Assembly (NCBI RefSeq): GCF_006345805.1 | Contig: NW_021827873.1 | Coordinates: 1 to 9,580, forward strand | Length of the DNA: 9,580 bases | Source of the DNA: Octopus sinensis | Lineage: Eukaryota | Direction: 5' to 3' | Shown: positions 7,659 to 9,580 of the stretch, piece after piece | Layout: every line of letters begins with the position of its first letter | Position numbering within the stretch: position 1 is the stretch's first letter | Program-made: the position numbers and the translations under genes | Notes under the pieces: generated by a model | What the model was told of the DNA's origin: nothing | Databases searched by the model: none | The model's input: the letters and a program-made list of their open reading frames with translations, nothing else

Positions 7659-8717
7659 GCAGATTGAGGGAAATGGTGGGACTGAGAATAAAGGAATAGA
7701 AAGAATGAAGTTACGAAAGAAGAAATCTAAGGAAGAAGGAAAATAGCAATATGGAAGAAAGTAGTAGTGAGAAAGAAATCGAGTAATAGACATGAATAAG
7801 GAAATGTGTGTGTATGTGTACGTATGTAAGTGTATGTATATGTACGTGTGAGTATGTGTGTGTGCCTTATCGTCACGGAAAATACCCATAAAAATAAAAA
7901 TAAAAATAAAAATAAAAAATGTAAAAGGAAACAATTAATCACAAACAAAAAAAAAAAACACAATAAATCATTAAAATAACAAATCAGTACGCATATAAGC
8001 AAAATGCTAAAAATAAAAACAACAACATATAATACAGTTTGCTTTTTGTATTTTTAAAACTTTTGTTTATAGTTTTTTTTTTCTGTTTATTATTTTTAAT
8101 AAGAAAGGACATCTCTATCAGCATATGGCATGATTCTGTCTTTCTCCCTCTCTATCATCATTCATTTCTTCGCTTTCTTTCACTCACCCTCCTCCTCTGC
8201 GTCTCAGATAAATACATGCATGCATACGTACATACGTACATACATACGCTTCCTTCCATATACCTCTCACTCTTTCTCAGACTCTCTCCTTTTTCTCAAT
8301 TTTTTTCTCTTATTTTATTTTATATTATTCTATTTTTTTTTTTTTTTTTTCTTGTCCCGCGTTCACTGAATCCTAAGCGGCTGAACTTCGACCCTGATAA
8401 CATACTGGCCGTGCTGACAATGTTTGTAGACAGTTCCCAGGGAGTCTTGCAGCTCCAGCGATATAGCGATCTGGGAATTGCCTACGAGCTGACAGTGCGT
8501 GTTGTTCATAATGGAATAATCTTCAACAGTTAGCTCAGGGGATTTCAAAAAGCGAGCGAATTAAAAACAACGACTCGATGTTTCTTGGAAAAATATGGCT
8601 GCCTCAGCTAAACACCACGAAAATGACGTCACAAGGGATTTACACGATAAATGAAGTCTCTCAACCAAAGATTTTGACATGGGCGTGGTAGTGTAAATCT
8701 CTAAGAGAGAGAATATA

Positions 8718-8785
8718 GTTGCTGTTACTGTTGTTGCTGATTCTGCTGCTGCTGCTGCTGCTGGTGTCGCGGTTGTTGTTTCTGT
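8718..8785. repeat. Imperfect (GTT)n/(GCT)n trinucleotide tract
   Basis: Directly visible. Confidence 0.85.
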
Positions 8786-8999
8786 TACGCTTTCTGTCTT
8801 TATTTAGGTTTTCTTGCTGTTCATTTTGTTTTGTTTTTTTTTTATTAATTTATTTTATTATCTTCTTTCTTTTGCCATAACCGTTTCTTGATTTTGTCAG
8901 TTGTTTTAATGGTTCCAGTTACCTCCACCTCAAAAAACAAAACAAAAAAAAAACAAAAACACGTGGCACACATATTCAGAGCTGGCTGCATCGTATACA

Positions 9000-9192
9000 A
9001 CAGCGACATCGTCATCATCAATACCGCCAACACGATGAGTAATACTAATAATGATGATGATGATGATGATAATAATAATAATAATAATAATAATATAATA
9101 ATAATGATAATAATAATAATAATAATAATAACAACAACAATATTAATAACAACAACAACAACAATAATAATAACAACAATAACAATAATAAT

Positions 9193-9225
<33 letters not shown>

Positions 9226-9479
9226 CAATAATAATAATAATAATAATAATTTCTTACACGCATAATAATAACAATCATCCTCCGACATTAATTTCGTATC
9301 ACCACCACCACCACCACCACCACCAGCAGGCACCACCAGCACTAGCACCACCACCACCGCTGCCGCCGCCGCCACCAGCACCACCACTATCATTACCATC
9401 ATCAACAATATGAATAACAACAACAATAACGACGTGGATAATGACGGTGATGATGACGATCGCCGACTAAGATGATGAC

Positions 9480-9543
<64 letters not shown>

Positions 9544-9563
9544 TTGATGATGATGTCGACGAT
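9000..9563. repeat. Compound trinucleotide microsatellite (GAT)/(AAT)/(AAC)/(CAC)/(GCC)/(GAT)
   Basis: Directly visible; it accounts for the homopolymeric ORFs in the track. Confidence 0.95.
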
Positions 9564-9580
9564 AATTTCTTACGTATGTA

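Noticed and set aside
8635-8701. SECIS element or pre-miRNA hairpin
   Set aside because: AUGA and AAA are present at plausible spacing, but the required helix II does not pair; the stem is too interrupted for a pre-miRNA.
146-9426. Numerous ORFs rich in YI/HT/CV/MYVC or poly-I/L/N
   Set aside because: Translations of microsatellites with no protein-like content.

Overview
AT-rich, microsatellite-dense eukaryotic non-coding DNA. The SINE families and (TA)/(TACA) load resemble my recollection of octopus/cephalopod genomes; this taxonomic call is inference. No intact host gene is supported. The window is a mosaic of simple repeats, three tRNA-type SINE families (two insertions with visible target-site duplications, TSDs) and a 5'-truncated RTE-clade LINE fragment. 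The main result is a set of hammerhead ribozyme (HHR) motifs. A 1.5-copy tandem repeat with a 506-bp period (1665-2433) carries two identical, intact minimal type I HHRs on the minus strand, the architecture of a retrozyme or Penelope-like pseudo-LTR predicted to release a 506-nt, possibly circular, RNA. A ~200-bp foldback (3839-4037) has in each arm a degenerate HHR of a second family. A possible third half-HHR remnant lies near 4812.
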